A stretch of DNA of 64,000 nucleotides from Saprolegnia diclina VS20 (taxonomy: Eukaryota), in contig NW_008246083.1 of assembly GCF_000281045.1 (NCBI RefSeq), positions 227,219 through 291,218 on the forward strand, in the 5' to 3' direction. Under the pieces are notes generated by a model that saw nothing but the letters and a program-made list of their open reading frames with translations, was not told the DNA's origin and did no database searches. Position numbers and translations under genes: made by a program. How positions within the stretch are numbered: the stretch's first letter is position 1; each line of letters begins with the position of its first letter. Shown here in pieces: positions 63,670 to 64,000 of the stretch.

Positions 63670-64000
63670 TCATTCGTGTTGCAGACGCAGAAACACGGGC
63701 ACGGGATTCATGTCGTGGGACGCACGGAACGCGTCTTCGAGCCACTGACCGTCGGTGGCATTGATCCTAGGCATATATGTACAATATTGTCCCTATATCA
63801 TGGACAATGTGTACACGAGGATCCATATATGAATCTCGCGCGGCGGCTCCAAGTATATCGGATGGTCTTCGTCGTGGTTGACGACAAGGATCCCTTTGGC
63901 GCCCATCTTTTGCACGGTCCTAGCGCACATATAGAAAAGGGCTATATAACCCAGCAATGGTATACATGGCCTTGTGAATGATATTGCACTTGCCACGCTT
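63670..64000 (-). CDS. 3' end of a PA (protease-associated) domain protein; 5' part outside the window
   Basis: Splicing two GT-AG introns gives KRGKCNIIHKAMTVQKMGAKGILVVNHD...EIHIWILVINATDGQWL...LQHE*, which fits the PA pattern RGxC..KA...GAxxxxVxN. Confidence 0.7.

Overview
GC-rich, gene-dense eukaryotic DNA with many short (about 40-70 nt) GT-AG introns and two N gaps. Gene content and style point to an oomycete, probably Saprolegniales (inference, not a database result). About 24 protein-coding genes can be built by hand-splicing. They include a ferlin, HPRT, BolA, a Cys/His-repeat protein, two METTL21-type methyltransferases, kinesin-1, two beta'-COP copies, TBCA, a BED/hAT-derived gene, COQ4, a formin, two ABCA transporters, a PKA regulatory-like subunit, a CE2/SGNH esterase, a GH85-like pseudo-enzyme, a SNAP-25-like SNARE and an S33 peptidase. 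Most notable: (1) a Qbc-SNARE with an EEA1-like C2H2 zinc finger between its SNARE motifs and a fascin-like C-terminal domain; (2) two head-to-head inverted gene pairs (beta'-COP, ABCA) with patchwork near-identity suggesting gene conversion; (3) two adjacent unrelated genes sharing a 54-nt N-terminal NLS-like cassette; (4) a TM + glutaredoxin-like + apparently inactive GH85 fusion; (5) an apparently inactive, possibly domesticated hAT transposase. No rRNA, tRNA or CRISPR array was recognised. All family assignments come from motif recognition by eye.
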